DNA of 64,000 bases. Source: Bacteroidales bacterium. GTDB taxonomy: Bacteria; Bacteroidota; Bacteroidia; Bacteroidales; DTU049. Each line of letters begins with the position of its first letter. Positions within the stretch are counted from its first letter, which is position 1. The stretch lies in contig JAOAAK010000014.1 in assembly GCA_026418905.1 (NCBI GenBank), forward strand, positions 6,231 to 70,230, read 5' to 3'. Both the position numbers and the translations under genes were made by a program. Under the pieces are notes generated by a model. That model worked only from the letters and a program-made list of their open reading frames with translations, ran no database searches and was not told the DNA's origin. Below, one piece after another: positions 9,459-18,614 of this stretch.

Positions 9459-11030
9459 ATGGAAAATTTACTATTGGAGGTGGAATGCCTCCATGTTTTT
9501 TTTAATCATACACATCTTTTAAAAGGTATTTCCTTCTTTATCAAAAAAGGCGAAATTGTTGGACTGGTGGGGGAAAGTGGTTCAGGAAAAAGTTTAACTT
9601 CTCTTGCTATAACTGGACTTCTACCTTCTTACATGATTACTGAAGGAAAAATTTCTTTTTACAAAGAGAATAAAACTTATGATCTACGAAGTTCTGAAAT
9701 TAACATAATCAGGGGCCATCATATTACCATGATATTTCAGGATTCACTCCTATCTCTCAATCCTGTTCTTAAATGTGGCATGCAAGCAACTGAAGGTTTA
9801 AGATGGATAAGAAATAACGGACGAAAAGAAGCGAAGAAAAAAATCAAGGCATGGTTTGAACGTGTGAAATTAATACCTTCTGATCGTTTTTTTTACTCCT
9901 ATCCCCATCAGATTTCGGGAGGGCAGCGTCAACGTGTGATGATTGCTTCATCACTCTCTATTGAACCAGACCTTCTTATTGCGGATGAACCAACTACCGC
10001 ACTTGATCCTATCATGCAAAAGGAAGTAATCGACACCCTGCGAAAAATTTATGATGAAACAGGAATAAGTATTCTTTTTATTTCCCATGATCTTCATTTA
10101 GTTCGAAGCTTTTGTCACAGGATGTACATTATGTATGATGGACAAATCATTGAATCGGGCTATCCTGAACAAATTTTTAAGATGCCACGTGAATCCTATA
10201 CTAAATCCCTACTTTTATCCATTCCGGAAGTTAGGAAAAAGGAAATGAGAAAAGACGATACAAATGAAACAGTTGTACTGAGCGTCAAAAATTTATCTGT
10301 CTCTTATGTCAAGAACAAAATTAAACATAAAGTATTAAATGGTATTTCTTTTGAAGTTAAAAAAAATGAATCAGTGGGAATAGTTGGTGTCTCAGGCCAG
10401 GGGAAAACCACATTAATTAGGAGTCTGACTTTATTACAACCTTATGATGAAGGTGAAATTTTTTTTAATGGAGTAAACTTACTCAAACTTTCTAATCGTC
10501 AACTCAGAAAATTAAGATCAAGTTTCCAAATCATTTTTCAGGAATCCAAAGCTTCCTTTCATCCTTCTATGCCCATTGGTAAGCAAATCTTCGAACCCGT
10601 CAAACTCCACAATGTATTTAAATCCCGCCAAGAGATGATGGACTACATAAAAATTTTATTGGAAGCTACAGAGTTGCAACCTGATTGCCTTCAACGTTAT
10701 CCCCATCAACTTAGTGGTGGTCAGCTTCAAAGGCTTCAAATCGTCCGAGCAATGGCTTTAAAACCAATTCTGATCCTTCTTGATGAAGCTATAAGTGCTC
10801 TTGATATTCGTCTGAAAAAACAAATACTTGACTTGCTTTTAAGTCTACAAGAAAAATTTAATTTAACCTTTCTGTTTGTTTCCCATGAGTTATCATATGT
10901 GCGTTATTTTTGTGATCGAATATATGTTTTGCATGATGGAAAGCTTTTGGAAGGAAAATCAACAGATGAAGTATTAAATCAACCTGAACACAACATTACC
11001 TTTGAATTGATTAAAGCAAGTTTTTTTTAG
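9459..11030 (+). CDS. Duplicated ABC-transporter ATPase (YejF/DppD-DppF fusion type)
   Basis: Two complete cassettes: GESGSGKS / ISGGQRQR / LLIADEPTTALD and GVSGQGKT / LSGGQLQR / ILLLDEAISALD. Confidence 0.85.
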   Translation: MENLLLEVECLHVFFNHTHLLKGISFFIKKGEIVGLVGESGSGKSLTSLAITGLLPSYMITEGKISFYKENKTYDLRSSEINIIRGHHITMIFQDSLLSLNPVLKCGMQATEGLRWIRNNGRKEAKKKIKAWFERVKLIPSDRFFYSYPHQISGGQRQRVMIASSLSIEPDLLIADEPTTALDPIMQKEVIDTLRKIYDETGISILFISHDLHLVRSFCHRMYIMYDGQIIESGYPEQIFKMPRESYTKSLLLSIPEVRKKEMRKDDTNETVVLSVKNLSVSYVKNKIKHKVLNGISFEVKKNESVGIVGVSGQGKTTLIRSLTLLQPYDEGEIFFNGVNLLKLSNRQLRKLRSSFQIIFQESKASFHPSMPIGKQIFEPVKLHNVFKSRQEMMDYIKILLEATELQPDCLQRYPHQLSGGQLQRLQIVRAMALKPILILLDEAISALDIRLKKQILDLLLSLQEKFNLTFLFVSHELSYVRYFCDRIYVLHDGKLLEGKSTDEVLNQPEHNITFELIKASFF

Positions 11031-11093
11031 CACCATTTATAATAATTTACATACGAATTAAAAAAATTTATTATACTTGCAAAAATATTTAAC

Positions 11094-11798
11094 ATGAAAC
11101 ATGTAGGCATTATTGTAGGAATGATCATGTTAATTTTTTCGTTTGTAAGATGTGATTCATATGGTAAGAAGAAAACTTTTGGAGATCTTGAACTGTACTA
11201 CACCAGCGATATTACTGAAGAAGAAGCTGATCGCCTTGGGCATTATCTTCTTGAGTCAGGCTTCATGGAGAGTGGGGGCGAAAAAACTGTTCAACTTACT
11301 AAGGAAAATGGAATTTATCAGTTTCGAGCTGTTGTTATGAAAGAATTTCAAAATGATCCAGACTATGACATTATTTTTCGTCTTTTTGCCTGTGAGATAG
11401 TGGAAAATGTGTTTCCTAATGATAAATTAGAGTTTCATTGTTGTAATAATAAGTTGGAAACAATTAAAGTTCTTCAACCGTTTAATAAAAAAACGATTAA
11501 TACCATAATTGTTCATTATGACGGGGTTTCAGAAGAGGAATTAAAAAAATTGAATAAATATTTTAAGAAAACTAATTTTCAATCAACAGATAAGCAGATC
11601 AATATTCTTATTTTAAAAACAGGAGAATCTTTTCAATTTAGGATGATTATCTTGGATGAGTATATTTATGATGCAGACTACGAAAATCTTGTGAGAGATT
11701 TTGTAAAAGGACTTTCTGACGAAGTGTTCGATGGCAAACCTGTAGAATTTCATTATTGTACAGATTTTTTTAAAACTATAAGGGTATTGAAAATTTAA
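11094..11798 (+). CDS. Hypothetical lipoprotein built from two tandem 105-aa repeats
   Basis: Lipobox FVRC|D. Residues 31-127 and 136-232 align without gaps at an offset of exactly 105 aa (EEE, QFR, DxDY, VF, EFH.C, VL). Confidence 0.5.
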   Translation: MKHVGIIVGMIMLIFSFVRCDSYGKKKTFGDLELYYTSDITEEEADRLGHYLLESGFMESGGEKTVQLTKENGIYQFRAVVMKEFQNDPDYDIIFRLFACEIVENVFPNDKLEFHCCNNKLETIKVLQPFNKKTINTIIVHYDGVSEEELKKLNKYFKKTNFQSTDKQINILILKTGESFQFRMIILDEYIYDADYENLVRDFVKGLSDEVFDGKPVEFHYCTDFFKTIRVLKI

Positions 11799-12023
11799 AT
11801 TTTTTTTAACACAAGCCTCCTCTGAGCTGTAATAGTCTTTCATGTTGTGTAAAACAATTTATTATTAAAAAAGTTAAAGAGAAGTAATAAATATAGAGCC
11901 AAAGCATGTGCAAATAACATTTCCTAACAAAGTTCTTAATAAGATTGACATGGATCGATTTTTTTGATTCAAAATACGTGGGCGTTGATGTGTAAAATAT
12001 GTTTACAGTTAAAGAATGGAGTT

Positions 12024-13112
12024 TTACTTTGATGGTAATTTAAATTTTTCGTATAATTGTATGGCAGCCGTGTACGGAGATATTTTCTGATGAAATATGA
12101 GTTGTTCAAGCTCTGTTTTGATGCGGTTAATTTCAGGGTGGTGGCGAATGTGATCCATAAAAAGTTCGATTAAAGTTTGTTCGAATCGGTTGACTTCTTG
12201 CATTTTTCTTTTTTGATAAAAGAAACCACTTTGACGGGTTTTTTCAACGTAGAACATAACATGATTCCAAAAAACATCGATACCTTCTTCGTACAGGGCA
12301 GAGATTAATCCTACAAAAACAGGAATTCCGCTAGGAGGTATTGGCATATAGTGTAAAGCATTTTGAATTTGGTCGCGAGCTAATTGTGCTTTGAATAGGT
12401 TTTCTTGTTCTGCTTTGTTGATCAGGACAGCGTCGACAAGTTCCATAATCCCACGTTTGATACCTTGAAGTTCATCGCCAGCACCAGGAATATGAATTAA
12501 AGTAAAAAAATCCACCATAGAATGAGCTGCTATTTCACTTTGGCCAACACCAACCGTCTCTATAAGGATGATATCAAAGCCTGCAGCTTCACATAGAATA
12601 ATGCTTTCCTTGGTTTTTCGGGCTACACCACCTAATATTCCTCCGGAAGGAGATGGTCTGATAAAAGCATGAGGACTAGCCGAGAGCTTTTCCATTCGTG
12701 TTTTGTCTCCCAAGATGCTACCACCCGAGATATGTGATGATGGATCGATGGCAAGTACAGCAACATGATGTTGGTGATTTATCAGATAATTTCCGAGAGC
12801 TTCGATAAAAGTACTTTTTCCGCTTCCTGGTGCTCCTGTGATTCCTATGCGAATACTGTTGCCCGCGTAGGGCAGACAGCGTTCGATAAGTTGTTGAGCA
12901 AGATCTTGATGAGCCGGTAAATTAGATTCTATCAATGTAATGCCCTTACTAAGTTCAACACGGTCATGAGCAAGAATACCCTTGAAAATTTTTTCAAGAT
13001 CAATTTTCTTATTTTTTTTTTCTAAAAGCTTAGATAGCACCTTTTCATTAACGTGGAGAGGTTGTTCTATTCCATTTTGAACTCGTAAAGCTGATTTGTT
13101 TTCTTTTTTCAT
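12024..13112 (-). CDS. meaB: MeaB/ArgK-family G3E GTPase (methylmalonyl-CoA-mutase-associated)
   Basis: GAPGSGKST P-loop, AIDPSS, ETVGVGQSE and NKAE (NKxD-like). Confidence 0.85.
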   Translation of the reverse strand: MKKENKSALRVQNGIEQPLHVNEKVLSKLLEKKNKKIDLEKIFKGILAHDRVELSKGITLIESNLPAHQDLAQQLIERCLPYAGNSIRIGITGAPGSGKSTFIEALGNYLINHQHHVAVLAIDPSSHISGGSILGDKTRMEKLSASPHAFIRPSPSGGILGGVARKTKESIILCEAAGFDIILIETVGVGQSEIAAHSMVDFFTLIHIPGAGDELQGIKRGIMELVDAVLINKAEQENLFKAQLARDQIQNALHYMPIPPSGIPVFVGLISALYEEGIDVFWNHVMFYVEKTRQSGFFYQKRKMQEVNRFEQTLIELFMDHIRHHPEINRIKTELEQLIFHQKISPYTAAIQLYEKFKLPSK

Positions 13113-13113
13113 G

Positions 13114-13617
13114 TTATTTGCTTAATATTTCGAGCCAGTCTTTTTCTAGAGAAGCTTTTGGAGTTTCGACAATTCTACCCATTTCCTGGTTGTTTCTGAA
13201 AAAAATGAATGTTGGGATTCGTTCAATTTTCAATGTTTCATAATCAGACACGTTGGCATGTGGTCTTTTTTTACGATCGACGGCAATCCACGTAACATTA
13301 CTGGAAGGGAATCGAATCGTATGGAGTATCTTTAAAAAAGGAGGGATTTGTTCTTGTGAGTCTCCACACCATGTACCCAGAATGATTTTGATATTATAGT
13401 CAAAAGGAATACTTTTAATTTTTTCAATGATTTGGGCATCGGGCAAATATGTATCATAAAAAGCATCTATGTATGGCTTAAACAAAGGGTGAAAAAGATC
13501 TTTTTCGTTTAATATACCTACTAACATCTCTTGTTGTTTAGCTGAGTCGTAATAGATTTGAACTTGAGCTGACATTGTCGCAGCCACGAAAAAAAATAAA
13601 AGGACATAAATCTTCAT
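13114..13617 (-). CDS. Thioredoxin-fold protein with single-Cys WCGDS motif, secreted
   Basis: Signal peptide. TWCGDSQEQIP occupies the position of WCxxC. One-nt spacer to meaB. Confidence 0.6.
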   Translation of the reverse strand: MKIYVLLFFFVAATMSAQVQIYYDSAKQQEMLVGILNEKDLFHPLFKPYIDAFYDTYLPDAQIIEKIKSIPFDYNIKIILGTWCGDSQEQIPPFLKILHTIRFPSSNVTWIAVDRKKRPHANVSDYETLKIERIPTFIFFRNNQEMGRIVETPKASLEKDWLEILSK

Positions 13618-13631
13618 AATGCTGGTTTTCG

Positions 13632-13639
13632 TAATTTTG
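13632..13639 (+). promoter_or_regulatory. Bacteroidota -7 promoter box (TAnnTTTG)
   Basis: taattttg, 22 nt upstream of the ATG at 13662. Confidence 0.45.
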
Positions 13640-13661
13640 ATTTTAAATTCAGGTAAATTCT

Positions 13662-14363
13662 ATGCAAATCTATGAAAAATTTGTTAGTCAAAAAAGATTA
13701 ATAGCTTGGCTGATAGACCCAGATAAGATTGATACTCGTCTGATTGAAAAATACAAAAACAAAATAATTCACGTAGATTTTATTTTTCTTGGTGGAAGCA
13801 TTGTTTTTTATCATCGTATTCCAGAAATGATTAATTTTTTAAAAACTAATTTGAATTTACCGGTTGTACTTTTCCCAGGGAGTTATTTTCAAGTATTCAG
13901 AGAAGCAGATGCCATCCTTTTTTTAAATTTAATCTCTGGAAGAAATCCGGAATATCTTATTTCACAGCAAGTGCTTGTTGCTCCTTTGCTCGAACAAACA
14001 AATATCGAAGTCATACCGTGCAGTTATATTCTTATTGATGGGGGGAGGGTTTCTTCTACTGCATATATTACACAAACCATACCCATACCCTCGGACAAGA
14101 TTGATTTAATCGTTGCCACAGCATTAGCTGGTAAATATAGCGGACATAAGCTCATTTACCTTGAGGCAGGAAGTGGTGCACATCATCACGTACCTTTTCA
14201 AGTTATCAGAGAGGTATCTATTCGCACTAAGCTGCCCGTAATCGTGGGTGGAGGTATTCGAAGCCTTGAAGTTATCGACCAAATTTTCGACGCCGGTGCA
14301 ACGTGTATTGTTCTTGGTTCTGTCATAGAAAATGACCCCGAATTTCTTTTAAAAATTAAATAA
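13662..14363 (+). CDS. pcrB: Geranylgeranylglyceryl-phosphate synthase family protein (PcrB/GGGPS)
   Basis: TIM-barrel pattern GGS...LPVVLFPGS...ADAILFLNLISGRNPEYL...YLEAGSGA...PVIVGGGIRS, typical of GGGPS/PcrB. Confidence 0.8.
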   Translation: MQIYEKFVSQKRLIAWLIDPDKIDTRLIEKYKNKIIHVDFIFLGGSIVFYHRIPEMINFLKTNLNLPVVLFPGSYFQVFREADAILFLNLISGRNPEYLISQQVLVAPLLEQTNIEVIPCSYILIDGGRVSSTAYITQTIPIPSDKIDLIVATALAGKYSGHKLIYLEAGSGAHHHVPFQVIREVSIRTKLPVIVGGGIRSLEVIDQIFDAGATCIVLGSVIENDPEFLLKIK

Positions 14364-14370
14364 GACGAAT

Positions 14371-16479
14371 ATGAGAAAAATTGGTTTGCTCATTACGTTT
14401 ATGGCACTTTTATGGCTTGAAGCCCAAGTCAAAAAAGTTTCGTTCGATGACATTTTTAATCGGAAACTTTATCCCCAGACGTGGAATATGATTCAACCTA
14501 TTCCTTCCTCGGAAAAATTCTCTTCTGTGATTGAAAAAAACTTAATAGAAATAAATGAAAAAGGTCAGCTCCGAGAAATTCTTAGTCTCGAAAATTTAAA
14601 TCAGCTGATGTCGGGTCAAAAAACAAGTAAACTTTATTATTTTCCCGAGCATACATGGATTGATCATGAAACCATTCGATTTATTTATGAACAAAAAGTA
14701 TATTTACTCAAGCCTTATAGCAAAGAAATTCAGATTCTTTATGGGTTGGATAAAGAAGCTGACCATCTGGAGTGGAATCCTATTAGGAACATTGTCGCTT
14801 ACACAAAAGGCAACAATGTGTTTATTAAGGATGAGAAAGGTAATGAGATACAAGTTACATTTGAAAAGAAAGACGGAATTGTTTGCGGACAATCTGTCCA
14901 CCGAAATGAGTTTGGTATAGAAAAGGGATTATTCTGGTCTCCTGATGGGCAAAAATTGGCTTTTTACCGTATGGATGAAAGTAATGTGACGGAATATCCT
15001 CTTTATCAAATGGAAGATAGAGTCGGAAGAATTAAACATATTCGTTATCCTATGGCTGGAATGCAAAGTCATCATGTAAAGTTAGGCATATATTCACTCG
15101 TAGACCGTACGACTGTCTTTTTGAATGTTCAAGGTCCTGAGGATCAATATTTGACATCTGTAACGTGGGTTCCGAATTCGCGGCAAATTCTCGTGGGGGT
15201 ATTAAATCGAGATCAAAATCATTTAAAGGTAAATCTCTACAGCGCAGAAAATGGAGAGTTAATCAAAACTTTATTTGAGGAAACTCATGACAAATATGTA
15301 GAACCATTGCATCCCGCTTTTTTTACGCCTAAGGGAGATAAATTTATTTGGCTCAGCAGACGAAATGGCTTTCGTCATTTGTATTTGTATGATTTGAACG
15401 GTAAATTGCATAGGCAACTGACTGAAGGTCAGTTTGAAGTTTTGGACGTGCTTGGTTTTGTTGAAAATGGCTTTGAAGTATTATATACGGCAACTACTCC
15501 GACACCCATCGATAGACAGGTCTGGGCTGTTAACCTTCAAACCGGTAAAAAAAGATTACTCACTCCTTTGAAAGGTGATAACGTTGTTTTTCCAAATGAA
15601 AAAGGAGTATACATTTGTTTTAATCAATCGTCGACAAACCCAGGTGAGTACACCTATGTTCGAGGAAAGCACACTGTCGTACTCAAGAAATTAACAACAC
15701 CTTTGAGCTGGTTAGATCAAACTTTTAAAATTTTTACTATTAAAGCTCAGAATGGGGAATCGTTATATGCTCAAATAATTTTCCCACCCGATTTTGACAG
15801 TACGAAAAAGTATCCTGCCATTTTGTATGTTTATGGAGGACCTCACGTCCAACTCGTAAGAAATACGTGGCTTGGAGGTGCTAATCTTTTTTTATTTCAT
15901 TTAGCTTCATTAGGTTATGTTGTTTTTTTGGTCGATGGTCATGGATCCGCCAATCGGGGTATGGACTTTGAAAGTGCAACATTTAGAAAATTAAGTAAAA
16001 TTGAAGTAGAAGATCAAATGAGTGGTGTTAGGTATCTTCTTGGCAAAAGCTGGATTGATAAAAACCGGTTGGGGGTACATGGTTGGAGTTTTGGTGGGTT
16101 TATGACTTTGTCGCTTGTACTTACATATCCAGATGTTTTCAAAGTTGCCGTAGCAGGGGGATCTGTTACAGACTGGAAATATTATGAGGTGATGTACACT
16201 GAGCGTTACATGGATACACCCGAAGACAATCCTTTAGGATATGAGTTAACAAGTACTTTAAATAAGGTCGATTCACTCAGAGCAAGGCTTCTTCTTATTC
16301 ACGGCATGCAAGATGATATTGTAGTTCCTCAGCATCTTTTTGCTTTCATTCAAAAAGCTATCGAAGCTAATAAAATTGTCGACCTATGGCTTTATCCAAA
16401 TCAAAAACACAATGTGTTTGGAATCGAGAGAAAGCATCTGTATAAAAGGATAATCACTTATTTTGAAGATTTTTTATGA
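14371..16479 (+). CDS. Dipeptidyl-peptidase IV (S9B)
   Basis: Signal peptide, N-terminal beta-propeller region, C-terminal alpha/beta hydrolase with GWSFGG nucleophile elbow, HGMQDDIV and QKHNV. Confidence 0.85.
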   Translation: MRKIGLLITFMALLWLEAQVKKVSFDDIFNRKLYPQTWNMIQPIPSSEKFSSVIEKNLIEINEKGQLREILSLENLNQLMSGQKTSKLYYFPEHTWIDHETIRFIYEQKVYLLKPYSKEIQILYGLDKEADHLEWNPIRNIVAYTKGNNVFIKDEKGNEIQVTFEKKDGIVCGQSVHRNEFGIEKGLFWSPDGQKLAFYRMDESNVTEYPLYQMEDRVGRIKHIRYPMAGMQSHHVKLGIYSLVDRTTVFLNVQGPEDQYLTSVTWVPNSRQILVGVLNRDQNHLKVNLYSAENGELIKTLFEETHDKYVEPLHPAFFTPKGDKFIWLSRRNGFRHLYLYDLNGKLHRQLTEGQFEVLDVLGFVENGFEVLYTATTPTPIDRQVWAVNLQTGKKRLLTPLKGDNVVFPNEKGVYICFNQSSTNPGEYTYVRGKHTVVLKKLTTPLSWLDQTFKIFTIKAQNGESLYAQIIFPPDFDSTKKYPAILYVYGGPHVQLVRNTWLGGANLFLFHLASLGYVVFLVDGHGSANRGMDFESATFRKLSKIEVEDQMSGVRYLLGKSWIDKNRLGVHGWSFGGFMTLSLVLTYPDVFKVAVAGGSVTDWKYYEVMYTERYMDTPEDNPLGYELTSTLNKVDSLRARLLLIHGMQDDIVVPQHLFAFIQKAIEANKIVDLWLYPNQKHNVFGIERKHLYKRIITYFEDFL

Positions 16480-17909
16480 GAATTATGTGAAAATACCAAC
16501 ATCATTAGATAAGTCATTAGGCCGTTGATTGGAAGAAGCTCAAAACCTAGAGTATAAAATTGGAATTTAGCAGCCAGCCACTGGTATAAAAGTAGTGATA
16601 AGGGGGGAAAAAGTGTAACTAAAGGGATGTAGGCTGGTTTTAAGGTGCGATTAGTTGTAAAACCGAAGAAAAATAACCCAAGTAGGGGACCGTATGTGTA
16701 AGAAGCAACTCTAAACACGGTTTCAATAATACTTTTTTCGTTGATGGCTTGCACGACAAGCATTATTAAGATAAAAAGCAATGAAAAGAGAAAATGCAAG
16801 AAGAGCCGAAGACGTTTGATTCTATTTGAATCATCAGGTTGGTATTTGAATACATCTACAAGCGTAGACGTAGAAAGAGCTGTAATGGTTCCATCAGCAC
16901 TGGAAAAAGCTGCAGCAATAAGACCAAGGTAAAAAATAACTCCTGCTATCCATGGCATGTGTTGTAATGCTACGGTAGCAAAAAGGAGATCAGGTTCTGC
17001 AAAGTCAATGTGATACTCATTTGCAAAAATGTACAAAGAAGCCCCTACAAGAAGAAAGAGAATATTAAAAAATAATAGAAAAAAAGGAAGAAGCATCATG
17101 TTTTTCTGCGACTCACGAAGGGTCCTACAGCTTAAATTTTTCTGCATCATATCTTGATCCAATCCTGTCATGGTAAGCGTGATAAATGCTCCTGAAAGAA
17201 GGTACTTAAGCCAATGATTATGTGCGAAAAGATTGGTTACTGTACAATAAGCATATGGGCTAGCAAGAATTTGTTCAATAAAACCCATGTTAGGTTTAGA
17301 AATTACCTGATTGAGGAAGTAAAGAGAAAAAATTAGTGAAATCAACATAAAGGTTGTTTGAAAAGTATCAGTCCATACAATAGTTTTAATGCCACCTCTA
17401 AAAGAATATGCCCATACGATAAGTATAAAAATAACTGCAGTCGTGGCAAAAGAAATCCCCCATGGTTTGAAAATAAAGAAATAAATTACATTTACCACAA
17501 TAAACATTCTCAACGCTGACCCAAGAGTTCGAGAAAGAATAAAAAAACCAGCCGCCCATTTTTGTGCTGTTGGATGATATCTTTTTTCTAAATATTCATA
17601 AATTGAGTATACTCGATGCTTGTAGTAGATGGGAAGCAAAACCCATGCGATAAAAAAGTAACCAATGAAGTAACCTGCTACCATCCAAAGATAAGAAAAT
17701 CCTGTTTTTCCTACCCATCCAGGAACAGACATAAACGTAACACCGGAAAGACTAGCACCAATCATGCCATAGGAAACCAACAGCCACGGACTTTTTCTGT
17801 TTCCAATAAAATACGATTGGTTGGTTGCATGCCTAGACGTAATATGAGCAATTAACATCAGCAATGATACGTAAATGAGGGTAGCCAGAATAAGTTCAAC
17901 AGGTGTCAT
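16458..17909 (-). CDS. Sodium:solute symporter (SSS) family transporter
   Basis: About 13 predicted hydrophobic helices with an SSS-like N-terminus. ATGA overlap with the cysH stop. Confidence 0.75.
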   Translation of the reverse strand: MTPVELILATLIYVSLLMLIAHITSRHATNQSYFIGNRKSPWLLVSYGMIGASLSGVTFMSVPGWVGKTGFSYLWMVAGYFIGYFFIAWVLLPIYYKHRVYSIYEYLEKRYHPTAQKWAAGFFILSRTLGSALRMFIVVNVIYFFIFKPWGISFATTAVIFILIVWAYSFRGGIKTIVWTDTFQTTFMLISLIFSLYFLNQVISKPNMGFIEQILASPYAYCTVTNLFAHNHWLKYLLSGAFITLTMTGLDQDMMQKNLSCRTLRESQKNMMLLPFFLLFFNILFLLVGASLYIFANEYHIDFAEPDLLFATVALQHMPWIAGVIFYLGLIAAAFSSADGTITALSTSTLVDVFKYQPDDSNRIKRLRLFLHFLFSLLFILIMLVVQAINEKSIIETVFRVASYTYGPLLGLFFFGFTTNRTLKPAYIPLVTLFPPLSLLLYQWLAAKFQFYTLGFELLPINGLMTYLMMLVFSHNSHKKSSK

Positions 17910-18613
17910 GTGTTATGCATATGTATTCCACATTCGCGAGATTCGGGCTCTTCCCACCACCAACGTCCAGCACGGAAATCATCGTCTGGCGAAATGGGTC
18001 GTGTACAAGGCAAACAACCGAGACTGCGATATCCTTGTTTTTGAAGTTGATTATATGGTATTTTGTATTTTTCTATCAATTCCCATACTTCTCGTTCAAG
18101 TAAGTTTACGAGAGGATTAAATTTGTATATGCTATGAGTCGTGTCCCAATCTACAATAGGCGTTGAAATTCGAGTTATGGATTGCTCACGCCTAATACCA
18201 GAAAACCAACCTTTCATACCAATAAGAGCTTTTTTTAAAGGATGGGTTTTTCGGATTTTGCAACAAAGCTGTCTTAGTTCTTTGCTTTTATAAAAGAGAT
18301 TGATGCCATGTTCGTTGACCATGGTTTGAACTTCGTTACTATCTGGAAAAAACAAGTGAATTTTAATCCCAAAAATTTTTTCTGTTTTTTCAATCGTATC
18401 ATATGTGTCTTGAGGTAACCTACCGGTATCAAGAGTAAAGAAAAAGCAAGGTTTATGTAGGCGAACTATATAAAAAGTCAGAAGTTGATCTTCAACACTC
18501 AGGCTGGTCGCACAAGCAAAGGGCTGTTCAAAGTTTTCGTAAATAAATTGAATGATTTTTTCAGGTGGTTGTTTTTCAAGTTGCATGTTGACGTTTTTAA
18601 GATCGATTTTCAT
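17906..18613 (-). CDS. cysH: Thioredoxin-dependent APS/PAPS reductase, Fe-S (APS-reductase) type
   Basis: C-terminal ECGIH motif. Cys pairs LCCKIRKTHPL and GCLPCT form the CC...CxxC signature of [4Fe-4S] assimilatory APS reductases. Confidence 0.8.
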   Translation of the reverse strand: MKIDLKNVNMQLEKQPPEKIIQFIYENFEQPFACATSLSVEDQLLTFYIVRLHKPCFFFTLDTGRLPQDTYDTIEKTEKIFGIKIHLFFPDSNEVQTMVNEHGINLFYKSKELRQLCCKIRKTHPLKKALIGMKGWFSGIRREQSITRISTPIVDWDTTHSIYKFNPLVNLLEREVWELIEKYKIPYNQLQKQGYRSLGCLPCTRPISPDDDFRAGRWWWEEPESRECGIHMHNT

Positions 18614-18614
18614 A

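Noticed and set aside
11799-12023. The 225-nt spacer between convergent genes, scanned for a terminator or small RNA. It contains the imperfect repeat ttaacacaa...ttgtgtaaa.
   Set aside because: It offers only about 6 bp of pairing with a loop of about 30 nt. I found no convincing hairpin or conserved RNA motif.
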